Positions 30,207-40,327 of a stretch of 64,000 bases of DNA are shown here, piece after piece. The notes under the pieces are model-generated. The model did no database searches. It was not told the DNA's origin and saw nothing but the letters and a program-made list of their open reading frames with translations. This DNA comes from Syntrophales bacterium (GTDB taxonomy: Bacteria; Desulfobacterota; Syntrophia; Syntrophales; PHBD01): contig OY764159.1 of the NCBI GenBank assembly GCA_963668175.1, positions 2,144,001-2,208,000 of the forward strand. The letters run 5' to 3'. The translations under genes were made by a program, and so were the position numbers. The stretch's first letter is position 1; every line of letters starts with the position of its first letter.

Positions 30207-30485
30207 CTACACCCTGTGCATCGTCTTGAAGATATTCTCGTGCTGGATCTGGACGAGGACCCCGAGTTCGCCGCCGATCCTTTCCAGGCCCGTCCTGACG
30301 CTCTCCAGCGGGATCGTGGAATCCTTCATATCCACGAGCATCGCCATGACGAAGTAGGACTCCATGATCTTTTGATTGATATCCAGGATGTTGATGTTGG
30401 ACTCGTAGAGAAAGGTGGACACCTTGGCCACGATCCCCTTCTTGTCTTCCCCGATGACCGTTACGATGAGATGTTCCTTGTCCAT
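30207..30485 (-). CDS. ACT domain protein (UPF0237)
   Basis: VTVIGEDKKGIVAKVS...NILDINQ...QHENIFKTMHRV. Confidence 0.92.
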   Translation of the reverse strand: MDKEHLIVTVIGEDKKGIVAKVSTFLYESNINILDINQKIMESYFVMAMLVDMKDSTIPLESVRTGLERIGGELGVLVQIQHENIFKTMHRV

Positions 30486-30646
30486 GATTCCGCCTGTGGC
30501 TTTCCGGATATGAGAGATGCGCCCCGTATGAACGCCATGCCTTCTTCCTTATCCGCTCAACGGGAAACCTACATAAATCGTTTTGAAATGTCTACCGCTT
30601 CTTCCGGAGGAGGGCATGGAGCAGCCGTGCCTTCCCGCCGTTCCCT

Positions 30647-31234
30647 TCATTCCTTGCCTGCGCCGGCCCCTTCCGTTTGCGCCGCGTCGGCGGCCTGTTT
30701 CCGGACATGGCCGGGGTACCAACTGGTGAAGGCGGCCGTTGCGATCATCAGGGTGTAGCTGACGAGCTCGTAACCCAGTTCGGTCAGGAGGAATTTCTCC
30801 ATCTTGCCCCAGGCCAGGAGCGCGTTGATCGTGAAGGTGAGGCCCCAGGCCGAGGTCAGGATCGTGTTGGTCCTGACGAAGCTCGGGCTCGTCCATAGGG
30901 ACGGATCGACGTGTTCCCTGGCGTAATCCATCGTGAACGGCTTGCCGATGACGACGGTCAGCCAGGTGCTGACGGCGAGAATCCCGGAAGCCGCGATACC
31001 CATATGTTTAACGGCCCACATGCTTTCGAAGGCGACCACGGCGACGGAGGCGCACGAAAAGAAGACCAGCCCCACCCATAAAATGATGCCCCTGTGCAGT
31101 TTGGCCACGCCCATGCCGATGCTCAGGACCAGCGCGACGATCAATCCCAGCTTGAGGCGAAACAGGCTGCCGTGGGCGATCACCAGAAAGGCGAGCCACG
31201 GCGCGAACGCCAGGATCAGCTTCAAGAATAACAT
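30647..31234 (-). CDS. Integral membrane protein
   Basis: About 6 TM helices. KPFTMDYARE...FVRTNTILTSAWG motif. Confidence 0.8.
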   Translation of the reverse strand: MLFLKLILAFAPWLAFLVIAHGSLFRLKLGLIVALVLSIGMGVAKLHRGIILWVGLVFFSCASVAVVAFESMWAVKHMGIAASGILAVSTWLTVVIGKPFTMDYAREHVDPSLWTSPSFVRTNTILTSAWGLTFTINALLAWGKMEKFLLTELGYELVSYTLMIATAAFTSWYPGHVRKQAADAAQTEGAGAGKE

Positions 31235-31315
31235 ATTCCACTCCTTAGTTTGAGGTATCCTGCTTCATATCTTTCCCGGCGCCTTCAGGCCTGCCCGCCG
31301 GCAAACCGCCCGAGG

Positions 31316-31912
31316 TCATCCCAGGAACAGCAGCGAGACGACTTTGGGGTGGCCCTCCACGGGAAAGGTCAGTTCGATGCCGGCCCGGGCGCAGGTGGCC
31401 ACGGCGTTGATGCCGATGGCCTCCACGGAGCCTCGCCGTTTCGACGGGAACCGGCACTCGGTATAGTCGTCCACGCACTCCTTGCACCAGGGGCAGGAAC
31501 CGACGCCGAAGGCCAGGCTGAAGGGCAGGCCGAGCCCGAAGGCCGCCCGCTCCAGTTCCAGAAGTTTATCGTACAGGACGCGTTTCCACGAATACCATTC
31601 CTGCCAGAACTTCTCCACCTCGGGGTCCTTCTTGGCCGCCGAAAGGCTCATGAGACAGCGGCTCTTTTCAAGGCCGATGCTCGCGGGGCACGAGAACGTC
31701 ATGAGAAGCGCCTGGTCGTACTCCGCCGCGAATTCCTCCGCCCGGGGGGCCTTGGGCGGGCATGTGAGCTGCCTGCCGTATTCGCCGCAGCCGAACTGGC
31801 ACAAGAGGTTTGCCCGTTTCTCGATGACGATGTCGTGTTTTGTGTCGATGAGGACGGCGTCGTTGGCCCCGCGCTCCCTGGCGGCGGCGATGAGCGAATC
31901 GAACTTACCCAT
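31316..31912 (-). CDS. DUF2284-like Cys-rich metal-binding protein
   Basis: CQFGCGEYG...CPP, GSCPWCKEC...CRFP and SVEAIGIN motifs. Confidence 0.85.
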   Translation of the reverse strand: MGKFDSLIAAARERGANDAVLIDTKHDIVIEKRANLLCQFGCGEYGRQLTCPPKAPRAEEFAAEYDQALLMTFSCPASIGLEKSRCLMSLSAAKKDPEVEKFWQEWYSWKRVLYDKLLELERAAFGLGLPFSLAFGVGSCPWCKECVDDYTECRFPSKRRGSVEAIGINAVATCARAGIELTFPVEGHPKVVSLLFLG

Positions 31913-32224
31913 ACGTGTCCCTCCTGTCGTGTCCGGATGTTCAATGGTTGTTCCCCCGGCGCGATACCGCCGCCGTAACATCGCCGCATGCGACATCGAA
32001 GCTGTTTTTCAGCCTGCATCTTATACCTGCCTTTTTTATCATAGGTGCCGATAAATAAGAAGACTATCTTTCGCGGCGCCGGTCGATTTGAAGATCAAAG
32101 ACCGGATTTGCAGGGTTGGCTTTCGGCGGTGCGGGCCGCCGGAGGGAGGCGGGCGGCCCGGGCATCTTCTTCGCCGGAAAACGCAGGCGGCGGGCTGAGC
32201 GGGGATATCACACGGCGTTGGACG

Positions 32225-32277
32225 GGGGGGCGCAGGGTATCAGGCGGCAGCGGGGGGCGCAGGGTATCAGGCGGCAG
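32225..32277. repeat. 27-bp tandem duplication
   Basis: GGGGGGCGCAGGGTATCAGGCGGCAG occurs twice. Confidence 0.8.
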
Positions 32278-32289
32278 CCGGGGCCGCCG

Positions 32290-32730
32290 TTACGCCGGAT
32301 TTTTATGCCGGCGCAGAAACTCGATAACGAAACCGATATTAAACGTTATGGCTTCGCAGGTCAATGCCTCGCAGAGATGGGGCGGATTGCTTTCGTGAAA
32401 GCCTTCCGGGCGCAGTTCCCTGCAGAGCAGGGATTTGAACCGGTCCTCGAACCGGCGCGCATATTCGGCGCAGGCGTCCACGACGATTTCGTCGGCAATG
32501 CCCCTGGCCCTTCCCACGATCCCGATGAACATCAGGTTGCCTTCCACCAGGCCGCACTGCGCCCCGTGGCCACCGGCGCCGTGCATGCCGAGGGCCGCAT
32601 CGACGACCTGGCTGGAGAGATCGACGGAAAACAGTTCCGACAGGATCTTCAGGTTCGCCGTGGCGCAGTTGATGTCGTCCCGCCAGTAGTATTTATTCAC
32701 CCGGCCCTTAACGAAGTCGTCCATTTTCAT
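32290..32730 (-). CDS. C-GCAxxG-C-C family putative redox protein
   Basis: NCA, GAQCGLVEG, LLCRELRP and LCE motifs. Confidence 0.85.
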   Translation of the reverse strand: MKMDDFVKGRVNKYYWRDDINCATANLKILSELFSVDLSSQVVDAALGMHGAGGHGAQCGLVEGNLMFIGIVGRARGIADEIVVDACAEYARRFEDRFKSLLCRELRPEGFHESNPPHLCEALTCEAITFNIGFVIEFLRRHKNPA

Positions 32731-32972
32731 CCTGCTGCCTGTGCTGGGGCCAGCAACGCGCCTCCCACGAGCCCGCCCCGCCGTGCTTCCGGAAGCATTA
32801 TACCGAGTTCCGGGAACACGTGGTTCATGGTTGTTCCTCCCCGTCTCAAGGCCGCGGTGCAACTGCCGCCGCCCGAAGGAGGGGGCTTTTCCCGGCCGGA
32901 AGAATGCGCCGCCGGGCTATCGGACCGTTCCGTCGAAGGCCGTCCAATCGCGCTCAACCTTAACAGAGGGCA

Positions 32973-33431
32973 TCACCTGGGACAGCTCAGGGTTATCTGC
33001 TTGTTAAAACCGGCTTCAGGCGGAACCGAGGTCCTGTGGACCCTTTCGTCGCCGCCGCATCGCCATTCGGCCACGTAATCCTTTCCGCACCCCACGGCGG
33101 GATCGCCTATCGTCACATAGCTGATCGTGTAGACGCAGTTACTCTTGTTGTTGCAGGCCTGGGCCAGGTGGTCCGTTTTGTTCCCGTAAGACGCGCCGCA
33201 GTTCTTTCCGTAAGTTCCGGCAACGACGACGATGGCGCCTCGCCGCGATGAGGACGCGGCGATGTCTCCCTGAAAATCGATGCTTTTGATATTGCGGGCC
33301 GGCTGGTCGAGTCTGAAAATCTGCGATGAACCGTCATTGAATATGACCGTCAGGCTGTCTTCGGCATTGGCCATAATGGCCCCGGTCAAGAACAAACAAA
33401 TCGCGAGCAACGAGGTAAAAAATCTTTTCAT
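32973..33431 (-). CDS. Secreted protein with a SUEL/galactose-rhamnose lectin-like domain
   Basis: Signal peptide. IVVVAGTYG..C...C....C....GDPAVGCGKDY...WRC pattern. Confidence 0.75.
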   Translation of the reverse strand: MKRFFTSLLAICLFLTGAIMANAEDSLTVIFNDGSSQIFRLDQPARNIKSIDFQGDIAASSSRRGAIVVVAGTYGKNCGASYGNKTDHLAQACNNKSNCVYTISYVTIGDPAVGCGKDYVAEWRCGGDERVHRTSVPPEAGFNKQITLSCPR

Positions 33432-33565
33432 AGTCTTCCGCCCCTTTCCTGGATGTGTAATGTGAATGGTTTGTATAGCTTAAAACCCTGAAGGCCCGAT
33501 TTTTCTACGAACACCCCCGGCGGGAACCGGCGTGCCGGGCCGATTTCGCCTTTTCCCTGCAATGT

Positions 33566-33856
33566 TCAGCCGTCCTTTTCGATTGTGTCCCTCAGTTCCG
33601 TCAGCAGTTGCACTGTTTTCTCCGTTCGCCGCCGATTTCCGCTAAGGCCCATATCCACGGTTTCAATGTCCCATAGGTACCTGAACAAATCATGTTCCGA
33701 TGTGCGGCGAATGAGTTGACCGCAAATGTGAGCGACATAGGAATCATACTCACCATGTGCCTCAGAAATGCCGGATACGCTGATCGGGTCCCATTCCCTC
33801 ATCAGGATTTCGCGGATGGCGAGTTGATACTCGCGGACTCGTTTAGAGTAATGCAT
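33566..33856 (-). CDS. Hypothetical protein (WDPI...EYDSY motif)
   Basis: ILMREWDPISV...EYDSYV motif. Start uncertain. Confidence 0.7.
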   Translation of the reverse strand: MHYSKRVREYQLAIREILMREWDPISVSGISEAHGEYDSYVAHICGQLIRRTSEHDLFRYLWDIETVDMGLSGNRRRTEKTVQLLTELRDTIEKDG

Positions 33857-34030
33857 CCTGCCCAACCTTCTCCGTCCGGGGTGCACAGCCGGGACGCAAT
33901 TTTTCCCGTCCTTGTTGTTGGAGTTGTTCATGTCGCAAGCCCTTTCGCCGCCCAAGCCGATATAAACGCCCCAGGCTGAATGCGACGTGTCCCGGTAAGA
34001 TATCGGAAAGGCCGATGTCCTGTCACGCGA

Positions 34031-34669
34031 TCAGTCCGGCCTCCTGCGGCCGGTCATGAGAAATACGGAAAAACGCCTCGTTTCCCCGTCGCTCCCCGGT
34101 TTCACGACTTCTGTGGCGCGCGCGTCCCGGATGTCGTCGAATCCCGCTTTCGCAAAGATCCTGCGCAGCGCCTCCCGGTCGAATCCGGCATGGAATACGC
34201 CGGTCTTGTCTTCGTGAAAACGGCCGCCTTCCAGGTCCAGATCGGCGACGCACAGATGGCCGCCGGGCGCGGCGACGTTATGGAATTGCGCGAAAAGGGG
34301 TTCGATCTTCTTGATATGGTGAAGGGTCATGTTGCACAGGACAAGATCGTAACGTCCCGTCAGGACATCTCCCCGGTCGAGATCGGCCAGTTGCGCACGG
34401 ACGTTGTTCGACCCCAGCTTGGCGGCCTTCGCCTTGAAGACGTCGAGCATGCCCTGCGAACTGTCCACCCCCGTCACGGAACGGACAAGGGGCTGCAGCC
34501 GGAATGTCACGAGTCCCGTGCCGCAGCCGAAATCCATCACGTCCATGCCGGGCGTCAGGGCGATCCTTTCCGACACGGCCCGGGCGATGTCGTCCGCCAG
34601 GCGGACCCTGCCCGGATTTTCGTCCCAGGAGGCGGCCGCCTTATCGAAGTCGCGTTTTTCCGTGCTCAT
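34031..34669 (-). CDS. Class I SAM-dependent methyltransferase
   Basis: MDFGCGTG, GVDSSQGML and MTLHHI motifs. Confidence 0.92.
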   Translation of the reverse strand: MSTEKRDFDKAAASWDENPGRVRLADDIARAVSERIALTPGMDVMDFGCGTGLVTFRLQPLVRSVTGVDSSQGMLDVFKAKAAKLGSNNVRAQLADLDRGDVLTGRYDLVLCNMTLHHIKKIEPLFAQFHNVAAPGGHLCVADLDLEGGRFHEDKTGVFHAGFDREALRRIFAKAGFDDIRDARATEVVKPGSDGETRRFSVFLMTGRRRPD

Positions 34670-34780
34670 CGTAAGGACTCCTTTGTTCCGTTACTGTTCC
34701 CTTATCCTGTACCGCCGCAACGCGCACAACGAGGAGACTCAGCCGCGAAACGAACCGGCCGCCTGCACACGGCGGGACGG

Positions 34781-34874
34781 CGGGACTTTCGATCGTACGG
34801 GAACGCTACCCGGCAAGCTCCGCCGGGACTTTCGATCGTACGGGAACGCTTCCCGGCAAGCTCCGCCGGGACTT
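34781..34874. repeat. 43-bp tandem repeat (2.2 copies), intergenic
   Basis: CGGGACTTTCGATCGTACGGGAACGCTWCCCGGCAAGCTCCGC at 34781 and 34824, partial at 34867. Confidence 0.85.
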
Positions 34875-34917
34875 CCCCCCGCGTGAAACGCATGTATCGT
34901 TTTCAGCCTTGCTCAAT

Positions 34918-35952
34918 CTATTTGACGCCGGAGACGCAGCAATCGCTTCTATTGGCCGGGGGCACGGAATTCTTAAGCCAGCAGCGGGCGGAAGGCCCCT
35001 GGACGCCGGGCTTGACGTATGTCCAGGCCCTGCAGTTGCGTTCCTCCGCGCAGGCCGCCATGCATAATTCCGGGTTGGCCCTCTGGAGGTCGAAGTTCCT
35101 GAAGTCCATTCCGGGGCGGTCCGTGTCGAATTCCATATCCGTGCGGGATACCTGTCGATTCTTGACGCCGGAGACGCAGCAATCGCTTCTATTGGCCGGG
35201 GGCACGGAATTCTTAAGCCAGCAGCGGGCGGAAGGCCCCTGGACGCCGGGCTTGACGTATGTCCAGGCCCTGCAGTTGCGTTCCTCCGCGCAGGCCGCCA
35301 TGCATAATTCCGGGTTGGCCCTCTGGAGGTCGAAGTTCCTGAAGTCCATTCCGGGGCGGTCCGTGTCGAATTCCATATCCGTGCGGGACACCTGTCGATT
35401 CTTGACGCCGGAGACGCAGCAATCGCTTCTTGTGGCCGGGGGCACGGAATTCTTAAGCCAGCAGCGGGCGGAAGGCCCCTGGACGCCGGGCTTGACGTAT
35501 GTCCAGGCCTTGCAGTTGCGTTCCTCCGCGCAGGCCGCCATGCACAATTCCGGGTTGGCCCTTTGGAGATCGAAGTTCCTGAAGTCCATTCCGGGGCGGT
35601 CCGTGTCGAATTCCATATCCGTGCGGGATACCTGTCGATTCTTGACGCCGGAGACGCAGCAATCGCTTCTTGTGGCTGAGGGCACGGAATTCTTAAGCCA
35701 GCATCGGGCGGAAGGTCCCTGGACGCCGGGCTTGACGTATGTCCAGGCCTTGCAGTTGCGTTCCTCCGCGCAGGCCGCCATGCACAATTCCGGGTTGGCC
35801 CTTTGGAGATCGAAGTTCCTGAAGTCCATTCCGGGGCGGTCCGTGTCGTACTCCATGTCGCTCGATCTTCTATCGGCTGACGCCCCTGGACAGGATAGGC
35901 TCAACAACAATAAGATCAGAATGACTACCTTGAGCGTAAATATCTTCTTCAT
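34918..35952 (-). CDS. Secreted protein with four tandem PAN/Apple domains
   Basis: Signal peptide. 80-aa unit DTDRPGMDFRNF...CMAAC....C.AWTYVKPG...CWLK...CCVSGVK, four copies. Confidence 0.92.
   Translation of the reverse strand: MKKIFTLKVVILILLLLSLSCPGASADRRSSDMEYDTDRPGMDFRNFDLQRANPELCMAACAEERNCKAWTYVKPGVQGPSARCWLKNSVPSATRSDCCVSGVKNRQVSRTDMEFDTDRPGMDFRNFDLQRANPELCMAACAEERNCKAWTYVKPGVQGPSARCWLKNSVPPATRSDCCVSGVKNRQVSRTDMEFDTDRPGMDFRNFDLQRANPELCMAACAEERNCRAWTYVKPGVQGPSARCWLKNSVPPANRSDCCVSGVKNRQVSRTDMEFDTDRPGMDFRNFDLQRANPELCMAACAEERNCRAWTYVKPGVQGPSARCWLKNSVPPANRSDCCVSGVK
34922..35857. repeat. 240-bp intragenic tandem repeat x4
   Basis: Near-identical blocks with 240-bp period starting at 34922, 35162, 35402 and 35642. 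Confidence 0.95.
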
Positions 35953-36327
35953 CCCTTCCTCCTTTGCTTGTCCGGTTTCGCATTGGCCCGTTGTTTCGCC
36001 CGGTTTTATTAAAGTTTCTCCCAACGGCGTTTGTACCGAATGAAATCGACCCGCCCGCGAATCGTGTACCATATTTGGAGCAAGGATTCTATGTTTACCT
36101 TATGGCGGGCTTATCGATAATCGGCTGAAATGCTTGCGTCTGACTGAAATTGCGGTTCATCGACTATGGGAGGAATACGGGAGAAAGGCCCCTGTTGGCT
36201 TCAGCTACGAATCGTTGAAATACATGACAAAATTGCAGCGTAGATTACAGCTTGAAAGCGCGGGGAAGACAAGCATGCAGAGCCAAAGATGATCCTGCCT
36301 TCTTGTCTTCAAAATTCTAAATGGATA

Positions 36328-37272
36328 TTATTTACGAAACTTATGCCTTGCCGACACCACAATCCCCAAGCCGAGGCCGAGAAGCAATACGGTCGCAGGT
36401 TCCGGGACGGGGGCGGTGCTGAGACCGCTTTCGCTTGTAAATATGATATTCGGGTCCAAAGAAGTCGTAAGTACGGTAAAAGGATCGGTGGCGTCTACAA
36501 ATCCTCCGTTGACGACTGAGCCGATACCAGTAAGAGAGGTAAAAGTGAGACCGGCATAAGCTGTAAAGAGTGCATCGTAGGAGAAGTAAACAGTGTCGCC
36601 TTCAATTTTAATGGTCACAGGTATGTAGGTTGTGCCCAGAAGCGTCGTTCCGTTAAAGTGTTCCAGGCTTGCAGATGCCTCAACGAATCCGGGACGGCCT
36701 TCTTCTGACAGGCGGAAATAAAAACTGTAACTCTCCGAGCCGCTGTTAAATTGATAGAGGGCACCGATTGTGGCTCCACTCATCAGGCCTAAGGAGCCGT
36801 GCTGCCGTAGACTTACTGAAACGGGAACCCCCTGTGACGGCAGCGATGTCGCACAACTCAGCGGGGAAGTGCAACTCCATGTATCCTGATACCAGGAACC
36901 TGATACCCCCTGTCTCACATAGTCGGGTTCCCTGTAAACCGTGCTGATGGCCAAACCGGCCTGGATAATAGTGTAAGACTTGTCGGTCGCAGCATCGTAA
37001 TAGATGCCGTTTTGCACGTAAGACTTTGCATAATTATCGGTGTTGAGCGTGTATGAACTGCTCGCTGTGTCATGCTCATCTAAGTACGTCTGGGACGATC
37101 CAACAAGGTAGCTGTGACTGCTGCCGTTGCCGGCCGTCGCCGTTACCGGCAATACGAGAAACGCAATATGCGTCGGCAAGAGTGTGAGCATGATGAGGAT
37201 TGATGAGAAGAATTTTACCCGCCATTTGCCGCGACTATCCATTAAGATCGATAACTCGGTTTTTCTTGTCAT
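36328..37272 (-). CDS. PEP-CTERM surface protein
   Basis: N-terminal hydrophobic segment. C-terminal VPEPATVLLLGLGLGIVVSARHKFRK. Confidence 0.88.
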   Translation of the reverse strand: MTRKTELSILMDSRGKWRVKFFSSILIMLTLLPTHIAFLVLPVTATAGNGSSHSYLVGSSQTYLDEHDTASSSYTLNTDNYAKSYVQNGIYYDAATDKSYTIIQAGLAISTVYREPDYVRQGVSGSWYQDTWSCTSPLSCATSLPSQGVPVSVSLRQHGSLGLMSGATIGALYQFNSGSESYSFYFRLSEEGRPGFVEASASLEHFNGTTLLGTTYIPVTIKIEGDTVYFSYDALFTAYAGLTFTSLTGIGSVVNGGFVDATDPFTVLTTSLDPNIIFTSESGLSTAPVPEPATVLLLGLGLGIVVSARHKFRK

Positions 37273-37312
37273 TTCACGCCCCCCCTGAAGGATATTTCGC
37301 AACGAAAGATTA

Positions 37313-37507
37313 GCAATATAAATGCCATGATTGATCTTGCTGATATGCATGCGGTTTTTTCTCTGACGCCCTTGGGGTGTGTCTTCTTGTTGTAAAGAAT
37401 ATTAACAGTTCTCATTGCGATGAAACATATATCAAAACAAATACAATGCTTCATTCATAAATAATAAATATTTAAATAAATATAATATTATGTAAAAATA
37501 TCCTACA
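37313..37507 (-). promoter_or_regulatory. Sigma-54 promoter with two TGT-N11-ACA boxes
   Basis: TGGCATTTATATTGC (37313-37327 on -). TGTAAAGAATATTAACA at 37391-37407. TGTAAAAATATCCTACA at 37491-37507. Confidence 0.75.
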
Positions 37508-37777
37508 TAATGAAAGTTAATATCACACTTCGGGTTTCCCTTTTCTCCAATAGTCCGTGTTGGCTTCAAGTTTACCTTTCGCATATCACTCAACGCGGTC
37601 CCTTCTGTCATGAACCATAGGCGTATCTATTTGAAATGTGGAAAGGATTATATATGATGATAACCAAGACTTCAGGAAGTTATCGGTAAGACGCCCGCTG
37701 TCCGATTCGTCTGCTGTTTCTCGCCGCGGTGCGATCCCGGGGGGGCGAGGGTAACGATTTTTAAGCAACCTGAATGA

Positions 37778-38848
37778 TCATCCGAGGCAGCCGCCGAGGA
37801 CCCGCAGGAAATTGCCGCCGACGTAGGCGGCGATGTCGCTTTGGGTCAGGCCCGCCTCCCTCATGGCGGCCACCAGTTTCGGAAGGGAGAGAATGGAATC
37901 CCAGCCGGCCACGACGTTGGGGAGCGAGCCGCCGCCGTCGGTGCCGAGGCCGCAATGCTCGATGCCCAGGCGGTTTTTCATCAGCAGGATCTCCGCGGCC
38001 CAATCCTTCAGCGTCGTTCTCTGCAGCGTACCCCTGGATACCGCATACGGCCACGTGCAGACGAGCCCCCCATGCTTCGCGATCGTTTCCATCTCCGGCC
38101 ATGTCCTCAGCCGCTGGGAGTTCTTCGTCTCATAGCCGTAGGGAAGGGGGCTGGTGTGGGAATCGACGACGGGGGCCCGGCTCGCCTCGACGATGCTCGC
38201 AAGCGTCCCGGTTTTGGCATGGGCGACGTCGATCAGGATGCCCCGCTCGTTCATCCGTTCCACCACCTTCACGCCGAAGGGCGTTAAAGGGCCGTCGTTT
38301 TGGGACCGCTGGTTGAAGCCGATGGCGTTGTTGTGGTCGTGCATCAGGGTGATCATCCGGACGCCGTAATCGTAAAGCCTGTCCAGGTTTTCCATCCTGC
38401 CCTCCAGGGCGTCGGCCCCCTCGACGGCCATGACGGCTCCCGTGGCGTTGCCCGGCGCCGTGACGGATTTGAGGTCCGCCGCCGAAAGAACCCGCTTCAC
38501 CTTCCCTTCGTCCTCCAGGCCCTTGACCATCCGGAGCTGGCCCACGGTATCGGCGAAAGGCAGGCCGAAGCGGTTCGGGTAGAGCGTCAGGTCCCCCACC
38601 GCCGAAAAGGAGCACACCGCCATCCCGACCTTCTTCATCATGTCCACGGTCGGCGTCGTGGCGTCGCGCCGGTTGACGCCGAAGAGCTGGTAGGGGTGGG
38701 CATGGGCGTCGGCGATTGTCAAACCGCGCAGCTCGCTCATGTCTTCCCGTGAGAAGGCGCTTCCCGGCAGCAGGCAGGAAGCGAAGCCGCAGGCTCCGGC
38801 GGCAAGTGCCGCCCGCACACCATATTGCAGAAATTCCCTCCGTTTCAT
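37778..38848 (-). CDS. Membrane dipeptidase (peptidase M19 family) with Tat signal
   Basis: MKRREFL Tat motif. DAHAH, AVEG, IDVAH, DSHT and GLGTDGGG motifs. Confidence 0.9.
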   Translation of the reverse strand: MKRREFLQYGVRAALAAGACGFASCLLPGSAFSREDMSELRGLTIADAHAHPYQLFGVNRRDATTPTVDMMKKVGMAVCSFSAVGDLTLYPNRFGLPFADTVGQLRMVKGLEDEGKVKRVLSAADLKSVTAPGNATGAVMAVEGADALEGRMENLDRLYDYGVRMITLMHDHNNAIGFNQRSQNDGPLTPFGVKVVERMNERGILIDVAHAKTGTLASIVEASRAPVVDSHTSPLPYGYETKNSQRLRTWPEMETIAKHGGLVCTWPYAVSRGTLQRTTLKDWAAEILLMKNRLGIEHCGLGTDGGGSLPNVVAGWDSILSLPKLVAAMREAGLTQSDIAAYVGGNFLRVLGGCLG

Positions 38849-39226
38849 ATCGCTCCTCGTCAGTCCATGGATGCCGGACAGCGGCTTGCGCCGCGTGCTT
38901 CGCACCGCCGTCCGCGATCCGCCTTATGGTCCTCTGCGCGACGGACGGCTTCACGCCGGGGCCGCGATCGCCGGAATCTGCGGCATGTTTTCCCGGCAGG
39001 ATTCCGGGAAGCGGATTATACCATATTTCAACTTGTCCCGCGACTGTCCCGCCGGAGAACGCGGGCCGGGGAAGCGCGGGGCCGGAGAGGGGGTCCCGGC
39101 GCATACATCCGGGAACGGACGGTTTTCAGAATATCGCCTGGCGAAAAACTTGCAAATTCGAGGGAGAACACGTTAAAGTGTGCTTACAGCAAACACAAAT
39201 TCCTTTGTAAGGGGAGGGCCGGCGCC

Positions 39227-40180
39227 ATGATATCTTCCAGCAGGGAGACAAGCGTTCAAGTCGCGGTGGTCCAGGCCGCCGCAGTGCCGTTCGACACCGA
39301 TGCCTGTGTCGAGAAGGCGATACGGCTGATTGCGGAAGCCGCCGCCGCGGGTGCAAAAGTCATCGTCTTTCCGGAGGCGTTCATTGTCGGATATCCGAAG
39401 GGCCTGAGCTACGGACTCGTTGTCGGGGCGCGCGATCCCGTCGGGCGCGAAGAGTTCAGGCTTTACCTCGACGCGGCCATCGAGGTTCCGGGCCCGCATA
39501 CAGAGCGGCTCGGCGAGGCCGCGGCGGCGCATGGATGTTACGTCGTCATGGGCGTGATCGAACGCGAACAGGGCACGTGTTACTGCACGGTGCTTTTCTT
39601 CGGCCCGGACGGGCGGCTGCTGGGCAGGCACCGCAAGCTCATGCCGACGGCTTTGGAGCGGATGATCTGGGGCTTCGGCGACGGCTCGACGCTGACGGCG
39701 GTCGACAGCCCCTACGGGCGCATCGGCTCGGTGATCTGCTGGGAGAACTACATGCCGATGCTCCGGATGGCGATGTATGCAAAGGGCGTCGCGCTGTATT
39801 GCGCCCCCACCGCCGACGACAGGGACACGTGGCTCGCGTCCATGCAGCACATCGCCCTGGAAGGGCGCTGCTTCGTCCTGACTGCATGCCAGTTCATCCG
39901 CAAAAAGGATTTCCCGGATACCGTGCGCGTTTTCCTCGGCGATTCCCCCGACTCGGTGTTGATGCGCGGCGGAAGCGCCATCGTCAGCCCGCTGGGGAAG
40001 GTGCTCGCGGGGCCTCACTTCGGGGGCGAGACCATCCTGACCGCGACGCTCGATCTCGGCGAGATAGCCCGCGGGAAGTTCGATCTTGACGTTGTCGGCC
40101 ATTACAGCCGGCCGGATATCTTTCGGCTGCACGTGAACGAAGCGCCCATGCGCCCGGTCGTTGCGAAAACGGAAGACTAG
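39227..40180 (+). CDS. Nitrilase (carbon-nitrogen hydrolase)
   Basis: FPEAF, HRKLMPT and ICWENYMP form the E-K-C triad. Confidence 0.93.
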   Translation: MISSSRETSVQVAVVQAAAVPFDTDACVEKAIRLIAEAAAAGAKVIVFPEAFIVGYPKGLSYGLVVGARDPVGREEFRLYLDAAIEVPGPHTERLGEAAAAHGCYVVMGVIEREQGTCYCTVLFFGPDGRLLGRHRKLMPTALERMIWGFGDGSTLTAVDSPYGRIGSVICWENYMPMLRMAMYAKGVALYCAPTADDRDTWLASMQHIALEGRCFVLTACQFIRKKDFPDTVRVFLGDSPDSVLMRGGSAIVSPLGKVLAGPHFGGETILTATLDLGEIARGKFDLDVVGHYSRPDIFRLHVNEAPMRPVVAKTED

Positions 40181-40327
40181 CTCTGCCGGTGGGGCCTCGC
40201 GCCTCGTCGCACGGCGCGCTCCCGACAGCCGCGCCGCAACGGGAGCCGGGATTCCGGATTGAACGCGGCGCCCGGATCGGCCGGAAGGCCGGTTGGCCGT
40301 CGTGAATAAATCGCCGGCTCTCCGGCA

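Noticed and set aside
33980..36043. 687-aa repetitive plus-strand ORF
   Set aside because: Antisense to the methyltransferase and PAN-repeat genes, which carry recognisable motifs.
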